Shown in pieces: positions 15,675 through 27,000 of a DNA stretch of 64,000 nucleotides (positions are counted from its first letter, which is position 1; each line of letters opens with the position of its first letter). Source of the DNA: a virus; the IMG/VR virus record IMGVR_UViG_3300035204_001027, positions 31,512-95,511 of that record. One strand, 5' to 3'. The notes under the pieces are model-generated. The model searched no databases and had not been told where the DNA came from. It saw nothing but the letters and a program-made list of their open reading frames with translations. Position numbers and translations under genes: made by a program.

Positions 15675-17503
15675 TGTGGTACGCCGAAGAAACAGAAAAA
15701 TCAAAAAATGCTATTGATTTTAACGAAGAGCTTCTAAAAATCGAAGGCGAGCTAAGCACTAAGGAGGCCAAAATATCGCTCGCTAAATTTCTTCATCATA
15801 ATTTAGGATTTACTACTGAATTAATTTCTGGTATAAAATTAGCGCCTTTCCAAGAAATAACCTTGAGGGGCATGATGGAAAATAACTTCGCTATGTGCGT
15901 ATGGGGACGCGGCTGCGGAAAAACTTTCATAGCAAGTGTTTTTTGTTTCTTGTATTGTATATTTAATCCCGGAGCTAAAATAATGTTAGCTGGACCAACT
16001 TTCCGTACTGCTAGATTTATATTTAATAATTTAGAAAAACTGGTCGAATCAAAGGGCGCAGAACTTTTAATGCAATGTTTTGGTGCGAAATCAAAACGAA
16101 ACGATCAATATGAGTGGAAAATCAACGACGGGACTATAACAGCTATACCCCTTAGTGGTGAAAAAATTCGTGGTTTTCGCGCTAACGTTTTACTACTTGA
16201 TGAGTATCTATTATTACCAGAAGAAACTATTAAAACCGTTCTTATGCCATTCTTGGTTGCTCCGCAAAACATGAAAGAACGCATAGAAATTAGAGAAATA
16301 GAAGATAAGCTTATTGCTAATGGAGAAATGAAAGAGAAAGATCGGATGGTCTTTGAAAATGATAGTAAAATGATAGCGCTTTCTTCGGCTTCTTACACTT
16401 TTGAGAATTTATACAAAACATATTGTGATTGGAAGGAGAAAATATACAACCCATCTGAAAATGATTCTGGTTCATATTTTATATCTCAATTAGGATACGA
16501 AGCTTTACCGGAGCACATGATAGATACCACCATTATTGACGAAGCTCAAAGCGGCGGTCAAAGTCACTCTAGTTTTCAACGAGAATATTGTGCTCAATTT
16601 ACAGACGGTTCTGATTCTTATTTTAGCGCAAAAAAAATGCACGAGTGCACTATTCCCGATGGACAAGATCCCACGACCTTAATAAAAGGAAAACAAGGAG
16701 AAAAATACATTTTAGCTATTGACCCCAGCTTCTCAAATAGTCCAACTTCAGATTATTTCGCAATGACGGTTTTGTCTATAGACGAAGAGAGTAAAGAAGG
16801 CACCCTCGTCCACTCTTATGCTGTTGCTGGTGGTAATTTAAAAGACCACATGAAATATATGCATTATGTAATAACTAATTTTAATATTGAGTTAATATGC
16901 ATTGATAATGCGGGTTATCAGTTTATTGATAGTTGTAATGAAACGAAATGGTTTCAGAATGACAGAATTAATTTACAATATATAGATTTTAATAGTGCGA
17001 AAGAAGGGGATGAATATGAAAAAGAAATTAGAAAATTTAAGAGATATTATGACAAACAAAAAGGAGCGATAGTCTTCAAACAAACTTTTACCTCTGATTT
17101 TATAAGAAAAGCTAACGAACATTTACAAGCATGTGTGGATCATAAGAGGATTTGGTTCGCTTCTAGGTGCTCCGCTAATGGTGCATCCTTTGATAAAACA
17201 GTTACTCAAAAAATACCGTTGTCCTATACTGGGCAAGAGACTCTTTTAGATTTAATCGAAGAGCAGGATAGCTTAGTATATCAGACCAAGAAGCAATGCG
17301 CTCTGGTTGAGGTTACAACGACCGCAAGAGGCACGCAGACGTTTGACCTTCCTTTGCACTTAAGACGCTCCACAAGCGCAAATAGGGCCCGTAAAGACAA
17401 CTATACGACCCTTATGTTATGCAACTGGGCCTTGAAGTGCTACTTCGATGCCAAATCAATTAAAGACGAAGGAAATCTTACATTTACGCCAAGAATGATT
17501 TGA
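15674..17503 (+). CDS. terL: Terminase large subunit
   Basis: Q-motif LAPFQ, Walker A GRGCGKT, RG-R...LLLDE, F-REY-AQF, and RNase H-like IDPS...D...KD. Confidence 0.92.
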   Translation: MWYAEETEKSKNAIDFNEELLKIEGELSTKEAKISLAKFLHHNLGFTTELISGIKLAPFQEITLRGMMENNFAMCVWGRGCGKTFIASVFCFLYCIFNPGAKIMLAGPTFRTARFIFNNLEKLVESKGAELLMQCFGAKSKRNDQYEWKINDGTITAIPLSGEKIRGFRANVLLLDEYLLLPEETIKTVLMPFLVAPQNMKERIEIREIEDKLIANGEMKEKDRMVFENDSKMIALSSASYTFENLYKTYCDWKEKIYNPSENDSGSYFISQLGYEALPEHMIDTTIIDEAQSGGQSHSSFQREYCAQFTDGSDSYFSAKKMHECTIPDGQDPTTLIKGKQGEKYILAIDPSFSNSPTSDYFAMTVLSIDEESKEGTLVHSYAVAGGNLKDHMKYMHYVITNFNIELICIDNAGYQFIDSCNETKWFQNDRINLQYIDFNSAKEGDEYEKEIRKFKRYYDKQKGAIVFKQTFTSDFIRKANEHLQACVDHKRIWFASRCSANGASFDKTVTQKIPLSYTGQETLLDLIEEQDSLVYQTKKQCALVEVTTTARGTQTFDLPLHLRRSTSANRARKDNYTTLMLCNWALKCYFDAKSIKDEGNLTFTPRMI

Positions 17504-17548
17504 TAATTAGTGTAATAATCGTTAACGATCATCGTTTAGGAGTAAGGA

Positions 17549-18799
17549 ATGTCTCAGAATTTAATAAGAATAAAACAGTTAGATCAAGACGAGCTAACTA
17601 ATTTTGTTTTAGAAACAGCACCTCAGGGACCCACTGGTGCTACAGGAGGCATAGGCTCTACTGGTTCTACTGGTGACGTTGGCGCTCAAGGCACGCAAGG
17701 TGTCACTGGACCAGCTGGTCCTACTGGCGTTGGTGGTCCAACTGGACCTACTGGGGTAAAGGGCGATACTCAATATGGAGGACCTACTGGACCCGTTGGT
17801 ATACAAGGACCCACTGGGCCAGCAGGACAATTTGGAGGCCCCACTGGACCCCAAGGAATCACTGGCCCCCAAGGATTGACGGGACCTACTGGGGCAGAAA
17901 TTCCCGGACCTACTGGAGAAGTCGGTGCACAAGGCATACAAGGTATACAGGGGCCCACAGGAAATTTAGGGCCTACTGGTTTTACTGGAGCAGTAGGGCA
18001 ACCCGGAGACAGGTACAGAACAACCTCCTATACTACTTTAACAATTCCTTATAACCCTACTCAAGTTCAAATAACTATAGAAGAAAATCTAGCTTTCACC
18101 GCTGGGCAAGAAATAATCATTGCTTTTGATAGCTCAAGGAACTTTACAGCAACTGTTGATTCCTACAATAAAGGCACAGGCATCATGCTTGCTACCTCTA
18201 TATTTTCTAATGGATCAGGGCAATTTTCGTACTGGACAGTAAATTTATCCAAAGCTCAAGGAAGGCAGGGAGAAATAGGACCCACCGGAAATCAGGGAGA
18301 TGTAGGAGGTATAACATATAATATAGGTATAGATAATGCTTTGGGTTATACTTTTGAAGGCTTCGTTGGTACTGATCCCGAACTAACAGTTGTTAAGGGG
18401 ATGACGTATATTTTTAATTTTATTGACCCCACAAATGCAATAACGCACCCGATGTTCATAAAAGACTTAAGCGGAAATTCTTTACAATCTACTGATGGTG
18501 TTTTAAATAATGGATCTTCAAATATAACTTTTAAAGTTCCTTTTAATGCTTCTGATAATTTGCAGTACGTTTGTAGCTCGTTTCCAGAATTTGTGGGATC
18601 AATTAGAGTATCTGACGTAGCCGGACCGCAAGGGCCGACGGGCGCAACAGGAGCAGTTGGAGCAACTGGGCCAGCTTGGGGGGCAACGGGAGCAACAGGC
18701 TCAACAGGATTACAAGGAATCACGGGCCCCACGGGTCCATCGCGTGTAATTAATACAGGAAAATTATTAGAATTAACTATGGTTTTCGGCTCAGAATAA
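17549..18799 (+). CDS. Collagen-like virion fibre protein
   Basis: Gly-X-Y (GPT-rich) tracts, a beta-domain and a degenerate cupredoxin-like domain. Confidence 0.85.
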   Translation: MSQNLIRIKQLDQDELTNFVLETAPQGPTGATGGIGSTGSTGDVGAQGTQGVTGPAGPTGVGGPTGPTGVKGDTQYGGPTGPVGIQGPTGPAGQFGGPTGPQGITGPQGLTGPTGAEIPGPTGEVGAQGIQGIQGPTGNLGPTGFTGAVGQPGDRYRTTSYTTLTIPYNPTQVQITIEENLAFTAGQEIIIAFDSSRNFTATVDSYNKGTGIMLATSIFSNGSGQFSYWTVNLSKAQGRQGEIGPTGNQGDVGGITYNIGIDNALGYTFEGFVGTDPELTVVKGMTYIFNFIDPTNAITHPMFIKDLSGNSLQSTDGVLNNGSSNITFKVPFNASDNLQYVCSSFPEFVGSIRVSDVAGPQGPTGATGAVGATGPAWGATGATGSTGLQGITGPTGPSRVINTGKLLELTMVFGSE

Positions 18800-18811
18800 G
18801 GGAAAAGAAAA

Positions 18812-19147
18812 ATGGTAACAGGAACATATATAGGAACAGGGGATTACACAACGCTTGTCCAAGCATTGGGAGTAAAACATATAGTTATGGGAATTACTTT
18901 CTGCAATTCTAACGAGAGTTCGGGAGAATTTGTGGATCTTCATGCGGTAACCAGTGGCGATTCGGCTGGTGGGCACAATCTTTTATTTAAAAACTTATTT
19001 CTACCTCCCGAAGAAACTTATAACATGCATCAACGTATTGTGCTAGGAAATGAAGAGAAAATTGTAGCTAAGACATTGGGTACGGTTCATAGCAACAATA
19101 TTATAAATGCAGTAACAACTTATACAAAATTAGATGGATTAGGATAA
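18812..19147 (+). CDS. Small beta-rich virion protein
   Basis: ORF between collagen genes. Confidence 0.6.
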   Translation: MVTGTYIGTGDYTTLVQALGVKHIVMGITFCNSNESSGEFVDLHAVTSGDSAGGHNLLFKNLFLPPEETYNMHQRIVLGNEEKIVAKTLGTVHSNNIINAVTTYTKLDGLG

Positions 19148-19150
19148 ATT

Positions 19151-20632
19151 ATGTCACATTTTATAAAACAAGGATATATCGGACCAACTGGAGCAACAGG
19201 AGCTATCGGGCCCACAGGCCCCGGGGCAGGGCCCACCGGACCACAAGGTATTCAAGGCATAACAGGAGAAGTGGGCCCACAGGGTACGGGCCCAACAGGG
19301 CCAGCTGGACCAATGGGACCAACAGGCGTCGGGGGTCCTACCGGGCCGCAGTCTACCGTAGCGGGACCAACAGGAATTCAAGGCATAATCGGGCCTACTG
19401 GAGATAGGTGGACAACCGCATATTCTAGTTCAATCACGGTCCCAGTTCCTAACCAAGTAATGCCATCTCTTAATATTGGGGGCGGGTTTGCTTATTCTAA
19501 AGAGCAAAAAATAATTATAGCAAATACAAATACTTCGACTTTAAATCTTGTTAATTTTATTAAAGGGTATGTAAATGCTTATGTAGGAGGTAATCTTACT
19601 GTAAGGGCTAGCGATGTGGCTGCGGAAATAGATGGAGTAACAGGAGCTACGGGATCAGACTGGTCTATTACATTAGACGGAGCAATAGCGAAGCAGGGAG
19701 AAACAGGACCGATTGGCGTAACGGGAGCGGCAGGACCCACTGGCCCACAAGGAGTAGCGGGAGCAACTGGCTCAATTGGTGCAACAGGAGCAGCTTCGAC
19801 AGTTATTGGTCCGACGGGTGCAGCAGGAGACAAATATAAAGGTACCTCAACCACTTCTTCTTATATTCCTCAAGTGAATAGCTCTGTAACAATTACCCTT
19901 GTAGAGGGAGACTTGGCGTATACATTGGGTCAAAAGGTGATTGTAGAAGCTGATTCTAGTAATCGTCTCACCGGGGAAATAACTACCATAGCAAATAGTA
20001 ATAAAGATTTAACTATTAAATGTTTAACTCGTCGTATAAATGGGGTAGATGGATCTACTCAAGCTGGCTCTTCACATTCTAGTTGGAATATTAATCTTGA
20101 TGGCGCAGTAGGAAAAGAGGGTCCCGTTGGCGCTGTGGGAGCAACTGGAGCAACTGGAACGCCGGGAGATTTATACGCCACACAAATAAACGCTGCTTCG
20201 ACCACCGCATTTCCCATCCCTTTGCCGGGAGCAACGGGATCAGCAGTAAATCAACAATTTACAATATCAACTAATTTAGCTTACACAATCGGTCAAAAGG
20301 TAATTGTAGCTCATGACGCAACCAATTGGTTCAAGGGGCCAGTGCTTGCATACAATTCTTCTACAGGAACAATGGCTGTTGAGGTTAAAGAATCAGCGAG
20401 AACTTATCCTTACGATTCTTGGAATGATCATAAAGTCAACCTCGATGGAGCGGTTGGTCAGCAAGGCATTCAGGGGGTTACTGGGCCAACTGGCTTAATA
20501 GGAGCAACCGGCGATATTGGACCCACTGGAGCAGCATCTATTGTTCCCGGACCGACAGGAAGCGTGGGTGCTACCGGGAATACTGGGGCTCAAGGAATTG
20601 CTGATGTAATATACGTTCAATTATTTAGTTAA
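19151..20632 (+). CDS. Collagen-like fibre protein with three repeated beta-domains
   Basis: Gly-X-Y tracts alternate with LAY--GQKVIV...W-I-LDGA domains. Confidence 0.85.
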   Translation: MSHFIKQGYIGPTGATGAIGPTGPGAGPTGPQGIQGITGEVGPQGTGPTGPAGPMGPTGVGGPTGPQSTVAGPTGIQGIIGPTGDRWTTAYSSSITVPVPNQVMPSLNIGGGFAYSKEQKIIIANTNTSTLNLVNFIKGYVNAYVGGNLTVRASDVAAEIDGVTGATGSDWSITLDGAIAKQGETGPIGVTGAAGPTGPQGVAGATGSIGATGAASTVIGPTGAAGDKYKGTSTTSSYIPQVNSSVTITLVEGDLAYTLGQKVIVEADSSNRLTGEITTIANSNKDLTIKCLTRRINGVDGSTQAGSSHSSWNINLDGAVGKEGPVGAVGATGATGTPGDLYATQINAASTTAFPIPLPGATGSAVNQQFTISTNLAYTIGQKVIVAHDATNWFKGPVLAYNSSTGTMAVEVKESARTYPYDSWNDHKVNLDGAVGQQGIQGVTGPTGLIGATGDIGPTGAASIVPGPTGSVGATGNTGAQGIADVIYVQLFS

Positions 20633-20643
20633 AAAGGAAAAAA

Positions 20644-21000
20644 ATGGCAGCATATACAAAACATAAATTAACAGGATCTACATACGGAAAGGGAATCAAT
20701 GTATCTAGCATTTCCTCCGCTAGCCCCAACTTAATCCATACAGCTATATCTGGTACTACGGATTTTGATGAACTATGGCTATGGGGGTATAATGACCACA
20801 CAGATACGCAGCCCGTAAATTTGACTTTGGAATTTGGAAGTACAAATCCCACCAAAATTGCAATGGCTATTACTAAGAGGTCTGGATTATATCTAGTGTG
20901 TCCGGGTTTACCGGTTCAATTTGGGTTGAATGTAAATGCGTACGCTGATCTAGCTAACAAGGTCACTCTTTATGGTTACGTAAACCGCATTTCTCATTAA
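20644..21000 (+). CDS. Stand-alone 'ELWLW...YGYVNR' module protein
   Basis: The same module recurs inside 42021 and twice inside 47221. Confidence 0.7.
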   Translation: MAAYTKHKLTGSTYGKGINVSSISSASPNLIHTAISGTTDFDELWLWGYNDHTDTQPVNLTLEFGSTNPTKIAMAITKRSGLYLVCPGLPVQFGLNVNAYADLANKVTLYGYVNRISH

Positions 21001-21023
21001 CTAAAAAATAAGACAACTAGTTT

Positions 21024-24000
21024 ATGAGTAGAAATACAAATACAGGTAGATCAGGTAAAACTAGAGTAACGGGGCCGGTAAATAATGAAACGAAAAAATC
21101 GGATGTTACTACTGGTAGATCTATCTCTAATACTCACAAACGAACTGGCCCAACAGATAAAGAGATAAATAAATTCAATAAGGTATTAGTTCCTACGGTT
21201 TCACCGGGCGAAGGTAAAGTAACTAAAAATTTCAATTTAACCTTAACTAACCCTCAATCTTCAGTCACCTATAAGTACACTATAGATGGATCTTCTCCCA
21301 CTGGTGCTGGAGCGCAAACTATAGTTAATAACCAAATCTCTTTAGCATTAACTGGTTCCCCGGGATATTTAAACGTAAAAATATATGGATATAGAAATGA
21401 TTATTCCCCTTCTGAAATAACTGATTTAGAATATAATATAAAACCTACTCAAGATGTGGTGGTTGTTCCTCAGGCTGGTTCTATTCCCGACAATCAGTTA
21501 GTGAAATTAAATGTAGAATCTGAGGCGACAGGTTATTACACTTTAGATGGCTCTACCCCATCCGGAGACGCTAATACAACATCCACAAAATATACAGGAC
21601 CATTCGTAATGAACTTTACGAACTCCTCTTCTGTTGTACTTAAGACAATTGCAGAAAAGCACGATCACGCAAGCAGTTCTATCACCACTGGCACTTTCAC
21701 TTTAGATTCTGCGGTTACATATGGCGGACCTTATGACGGGGTTAGAGATCTTAACGGGAAATTAGTAACTTATTCTCCGACGGGAGATAGAATTCCGTTC
21801 CCATCTAAGATTTTTATGTCCACCACGGAAGGGTTACCAATAGAAAGAAAGGTCTCTTTTTGGGGTACGGATTATTATGTTGAAAATAATCGCCCTTCAA
21901 CAGTTAATAATTATACATCTTTAAAAGCTGGCCAAAATCACGCAATAGCCTTAACTAAGAGCGGTACTGTCGTGGCGTGGGGAGACAACTCGTTAAATCA
22001 AACTACCCTATCCGATGCAAATTTGACTACGAGTGGGAAAATTACTTATATAGACGCTGGAGATTCTCACAATTTAAGTCTAACCTCTGATAATGATGTG
22101 ATAGCTTGGGGAAGCAACGCGCAAGGACAAATCACTATCCCAACTAGTTTAAAAGCTATAAGGATTGCGGCAGGAGGAGAACACAGCATAGCGCTAAAAG
22201 CGGATAGAACTCTAGTGGGTTGGGGAGAGAATTCTGATGGACAAATAAATTTTCCTTTAAATTTAAATGATGTCATAGAAATTTCCGCTGGACAGAATCA
22301 TAGTGCAGCTTTAGTGGGGTACGGATCAAAGACTTGTCAATCTTTAGATTATGATTCCGAGAGCGATACATGGATAGTCTCAAATAAGTCAAAATCTATT
22401 GGTAAAGCGGTTGCTTGGGGTATAAACGACATGAACCAAAAGGATGTTCCTAACAACTTAGCGAATGGAGCTCCTGATTTAATAGCCATTTCTTGTGGGG
22501 GTAATCACACCCTAACGCTGGACGCTAATGGAAATGTTTCGGGATGGGGGGATAATGGACACGGGCAAATAACTATACCTACATTAAATGAAATTGACGG
22601 AACGAAAGCTCACATAGTTTCTATAGATGCTGGATTTAGTCATAGCTTGGCCCTTTCTAAAAATGGGACCATTTTTGCTTGGGGCAGTAATCAACATAAT
22701 CAAACTAATATTACAAATTTATTAAGCAAATCAGCCTTGATAGCTGGAGGTGATAATTACAGTTTAGCATTTGGTCTTGAGCCGAGCGAGTATATATATT
22801 ACAACGTCGGCAATCTTGATCCAAGTATTTTGTATACTGGTTCTATTGATGTGTCTGCGGATACCACATTTAAGGCTATATCAATAAATAAAACTAGCCA
22901 AGCTGCTAGTAATATTGCTCAAAAATCTTACGCTCAACAAAAATTAAATGCGATCCAATCTGCTGGGGCAATTTCTAGTAGAGGAACAAGTCAGCCACTA
23001 GAAACCAGCGTTTTAAATCCTGCCACTTTTCATTCTAAAAGGTTATTCGCGGTTAAATTAGATAGCGAAGATGTAGACAAGAAGCCGAGCGTTACGTATA
23101 AATTGACTCACCCCGGTCATCATACCGCCTACGCAACAGAAGATCTAACAAATGATGACGCAACCGAAAAAAGATTTTCAAGCACTCTAATAACGGGAGA
23201 CGTCAACAAGCCCTATGATGGTGACAAAACAATAGATAATTATGCAGCTTTTTACCCCGGGGGGTATGTCGGTTATAAATTTGACGAAGCGAAAAGAATT
23301 ACTCAATTAAATTTTGCAACTAATGCGGATGATTTTCATAAATTAGGAGCGGGATTAATTCAGGGTTCTAATGATAATGTAACTTGGCATGATATAGACT
23401 TTTTCTCAAATAAATTTCCAGATAATTATCCAGCATTTCTTTCTTTAGATGGGCAAGCTTTAGATAGAATAGCGACTTTAGAAATGACTTCTAAAGGTAC
23501 GGGCTATACAGAAGATCCAATTATAAGATTTGTAAATGATACGGATGAAGAAGGGCAAGACGCAAAGGCTAAAGCTCTATTTTCTCCATTTAGCTTAGCA
23601 GGCTTTTCGATGATAAATAATGGTTCTGGTTACACATCAGTTCCCACAGTTAACATAGCTTCAGTACACGGTGGAGCGGGAGCAGCAGGAACAGCGGTGT
23701 TATCGAGCACGTCTGTCGTTCATGGAATTTCTCTAGATTGCGGATCTTGCTCTAAAGGAAATGGGTATACAACTGCGCCGACGGTTACAGTTCAAGGAGG
23801 ACACACTGACGCTAATACTCCCACGACCAATCCTGAGCGGGTGGCTAGCGGCATAGCGCATCTAACCCCAACAAAATTAACAGGTATAGAAATTATAGAA
23901 AATAAAGTCCCCTATAGAACTTCTCCTACGGTAAATTTCGCAGGAGGTGGAGGCATAAACGCTGCGGCTGTTGCTCATTTATCGTCTTTTGTGGTAGGGC

Positions 24001-27000
24001 AAATAAATCCAAGTGGAATACTTATAGGGAATGCTGATGAAAAACCCCCATTTGGTTATCACGTATATGATGGAGTAATCGTCCCCGGAATCGGTGCACC
24101 TACAATAGGAAACTTTGGGGGCGGTTATTATGGGAATAGCGATGATGATCCAACTGGTTTGTATAAATTAGACCATTTTGATTTAACAAATTTAGGTACT
24201 GGTTACACAAGTGCGCCAAGCGTTTCACTTGACGGCGGTTTATTAACTAAAACTGGACAACCATATGCTATTGAATTTGAAGTAGTCAGAAGAGGGCCGG
24301 TTAGCGGAGCACCAGAGACAGAGGTGGCGGATTGGGAAATTACTAATAAAGATTATCTTTCTGGATACTTTGTTAACCCTAAACACGCGGGGGCCGACGG
24401 CACGCAACAAGTTACAAGTGGGCATCATTATTGGGATAGTAATTTCGCTACAGAAATGGCGGCAGCGTGGAATAACTTAAGCAATGTGTCACAGGCTGGC
24501 AGCCCGGTTCTTGGTCCCCTTAGATATTTCTTTAATCATTACAATGATCATGAATTTGATAGATATCACACAATTGATACTAGACCATATCATTTAAAAT
24601 TTCATAAAGATTCAGCGCGCACCCAAAAAATAATGGTTACTGGAGGGGGTGGCGCAGGCATGTCGGGATACGTGGAGTTAAGAAATCATAATGAACTTTT
24701 AGGATTTGATGACAGTGATACTCTATTAGATAAATTAATTGCTCTTAATACTCACTCTGATTATAGAAATAGCAGGCTAGATTACGACGCCTTAGATAAT
24801 AATAATATATCATATGAAGAATTATTATGGAGTACCCCGACGAGCAAAGGGGGCGTTCTACCCGATGAAGATGCGACTTTAATTCCTTACAAATTACATA
24901 TAACCGAAGCGGGTCAAGGATATACTGGTGCGCCTATAATTACTGAAGAATTTGATAGATCATTCCCGGGGATGATGTTTATGCTTGAATCAGGTGGACT
25001 AAAACTACATGAAGATAGACCCTCGCCACTGCCCTTAACCGGGGGCCACAACGAGAATGGGCTTTACACGAATGGTCAGCCGGAAGGATACACACTACTT
25101 TGGGGAAGCGGCGAATGCAATGGTAATGATGCGGCATTGGCAACTGGACCGTTTGGTACTTGTAGTGAATCGTTAACGGGGCAATATGATACAGTATATA
25201 GCAACAACTCCTACCTAACTGGTCACTATTTAAAGAATAAATATTTAAGTACTAATAATAAATTCTACAGATATTGGCCTCAATATTTTGATTCTAATTG
25301 TTACGATACTCATTTTCCATTACAATTTGAAGTTTACGCCCCTACGATAACTGGTACGGCTGGAGTTCATACAAACGATATGAATAACGCTAACTCAGCT
25401 GCTAGATTAAACTTCGAAAATAAATTAGCAGATAATATTAAATTTGCAGCTATTATGCCAGAGCATTCAGAAGTTGATTCTTTTCTAGCTAGTGGTTCTT
25501 TGGATAGGGTTGAGATAACTAATATGGGCTCCCATTATTCGAGTACACCCACAATAGTCTTCGCGGGGGGGACTACGGCTACCGCTGCAACAGGTGAAGC
25601 GCTGACATCGAAGACAGTGGACTCAGTTTCAATGACGAATGCAGGTTCAGCTTATAGAGCTTTTCCAGACATTACTTTGGTGGGTGGGGGCGGAGCAGAT
25701 GCAGCCGTAGTCGGAACTAAATCTGCTAGCGAAATAACGGGAATGTTATTAGTGTCAGGAGGTAAAAACTTTACAAATTCACCTACGATAGATGTTTCTG
25801 GAGGCGGAGCAGGGGTTACTTCAAAAGCTACAGCGAAATGTAGGTTACCAGTCGCTTTAAGTTCTGCGAATTTCACAAATAATAATTTTTACGACCATTA
25901 CAGAATACTAGGCCAAGGAGACAACGCGTTAATTACTAGTCAAATTAATGAATTAGAATTTTATTCTGGAGACAATAGAGTTTCAAAATATTCTAATAGA
26001 AAAGATCACGCCTTAGCTATTAAAAGCAATGGGGAGTTAATGAGTTGGGGAGACAACTCTAATTCTCAATTAATGTCGTCAGGAGTAACTAATGCTTTAG
26101 AAGTTTCTGCTGGTGATAAACATAGCTTAGTTTTAAAGAATAATGGTACGGTTATTGCTTTCGGGAATAATGATTATGGTCAATGTAATATACCTAGTGA
26201 TCTGAATAATGTGATAACTGTTTCCGCTGGAGAAAATCATAGCTTAGGGCTGTTAGCTGGAGGAATTGTTAGGGCATGGGGAAGAAATCATTCAGGACAA
26301 GCAAATGTGCCATCTAGCCTGTCTAGCTACCAAAGTGGAAACAATGGCGCTATATCAATAAAAGCAGGCAACAATCACAGCTTAGCTCTTAGGGGGGACG
26401 GCTCAGTTTTAGCTTGGGGAGCTACAGAGGCTTCTACAGTGCCTGCAGATTTGACTAGGGTAAGAGAAATTGCAGCGGGTAATAGATTTAGTTTGGCCTT
26501 GAGAGAAAATGGAGATGTCATAAGTTGGGGCAATGGATACGGGGCTGATGTACCCACGGGTTTAAAGGATGTTGTTTCTATTGCAGCGAACAATGATCAC
26601 GTAATAGCATTGCAGGTTGATGGCGCTGTTACTGGGTGGGGTAAAGTTTACGATGGCTCGAATTATGTAAATTTATCAGATACTATACCTCATAATTTAA
26701 ATAGCGGCATCGGCGTTTTCGCTGGCAAAGATCATGGGGCTATTCTAAAAAGCGACGGATCATTGCTAGTTTTCGGTTCTATTTGCGCCAGCGGCACAGA
26801 GCAATATTATGATGGGGTTGTGCCTAGTTCATTTGGAAATTCTCATTGCTGCGGAACAACTGGATTTGTCACTTTCGATTTGGGAAGCTTACATAGTGGA
26901 AAATTAGATACTAATGAAAATTTATCTTATCGTAGTATAAATGTGGGAACCAAAACTAGTGCGGATGCAGCTTTCCCACCAGACAACGCATCCTTACAAA

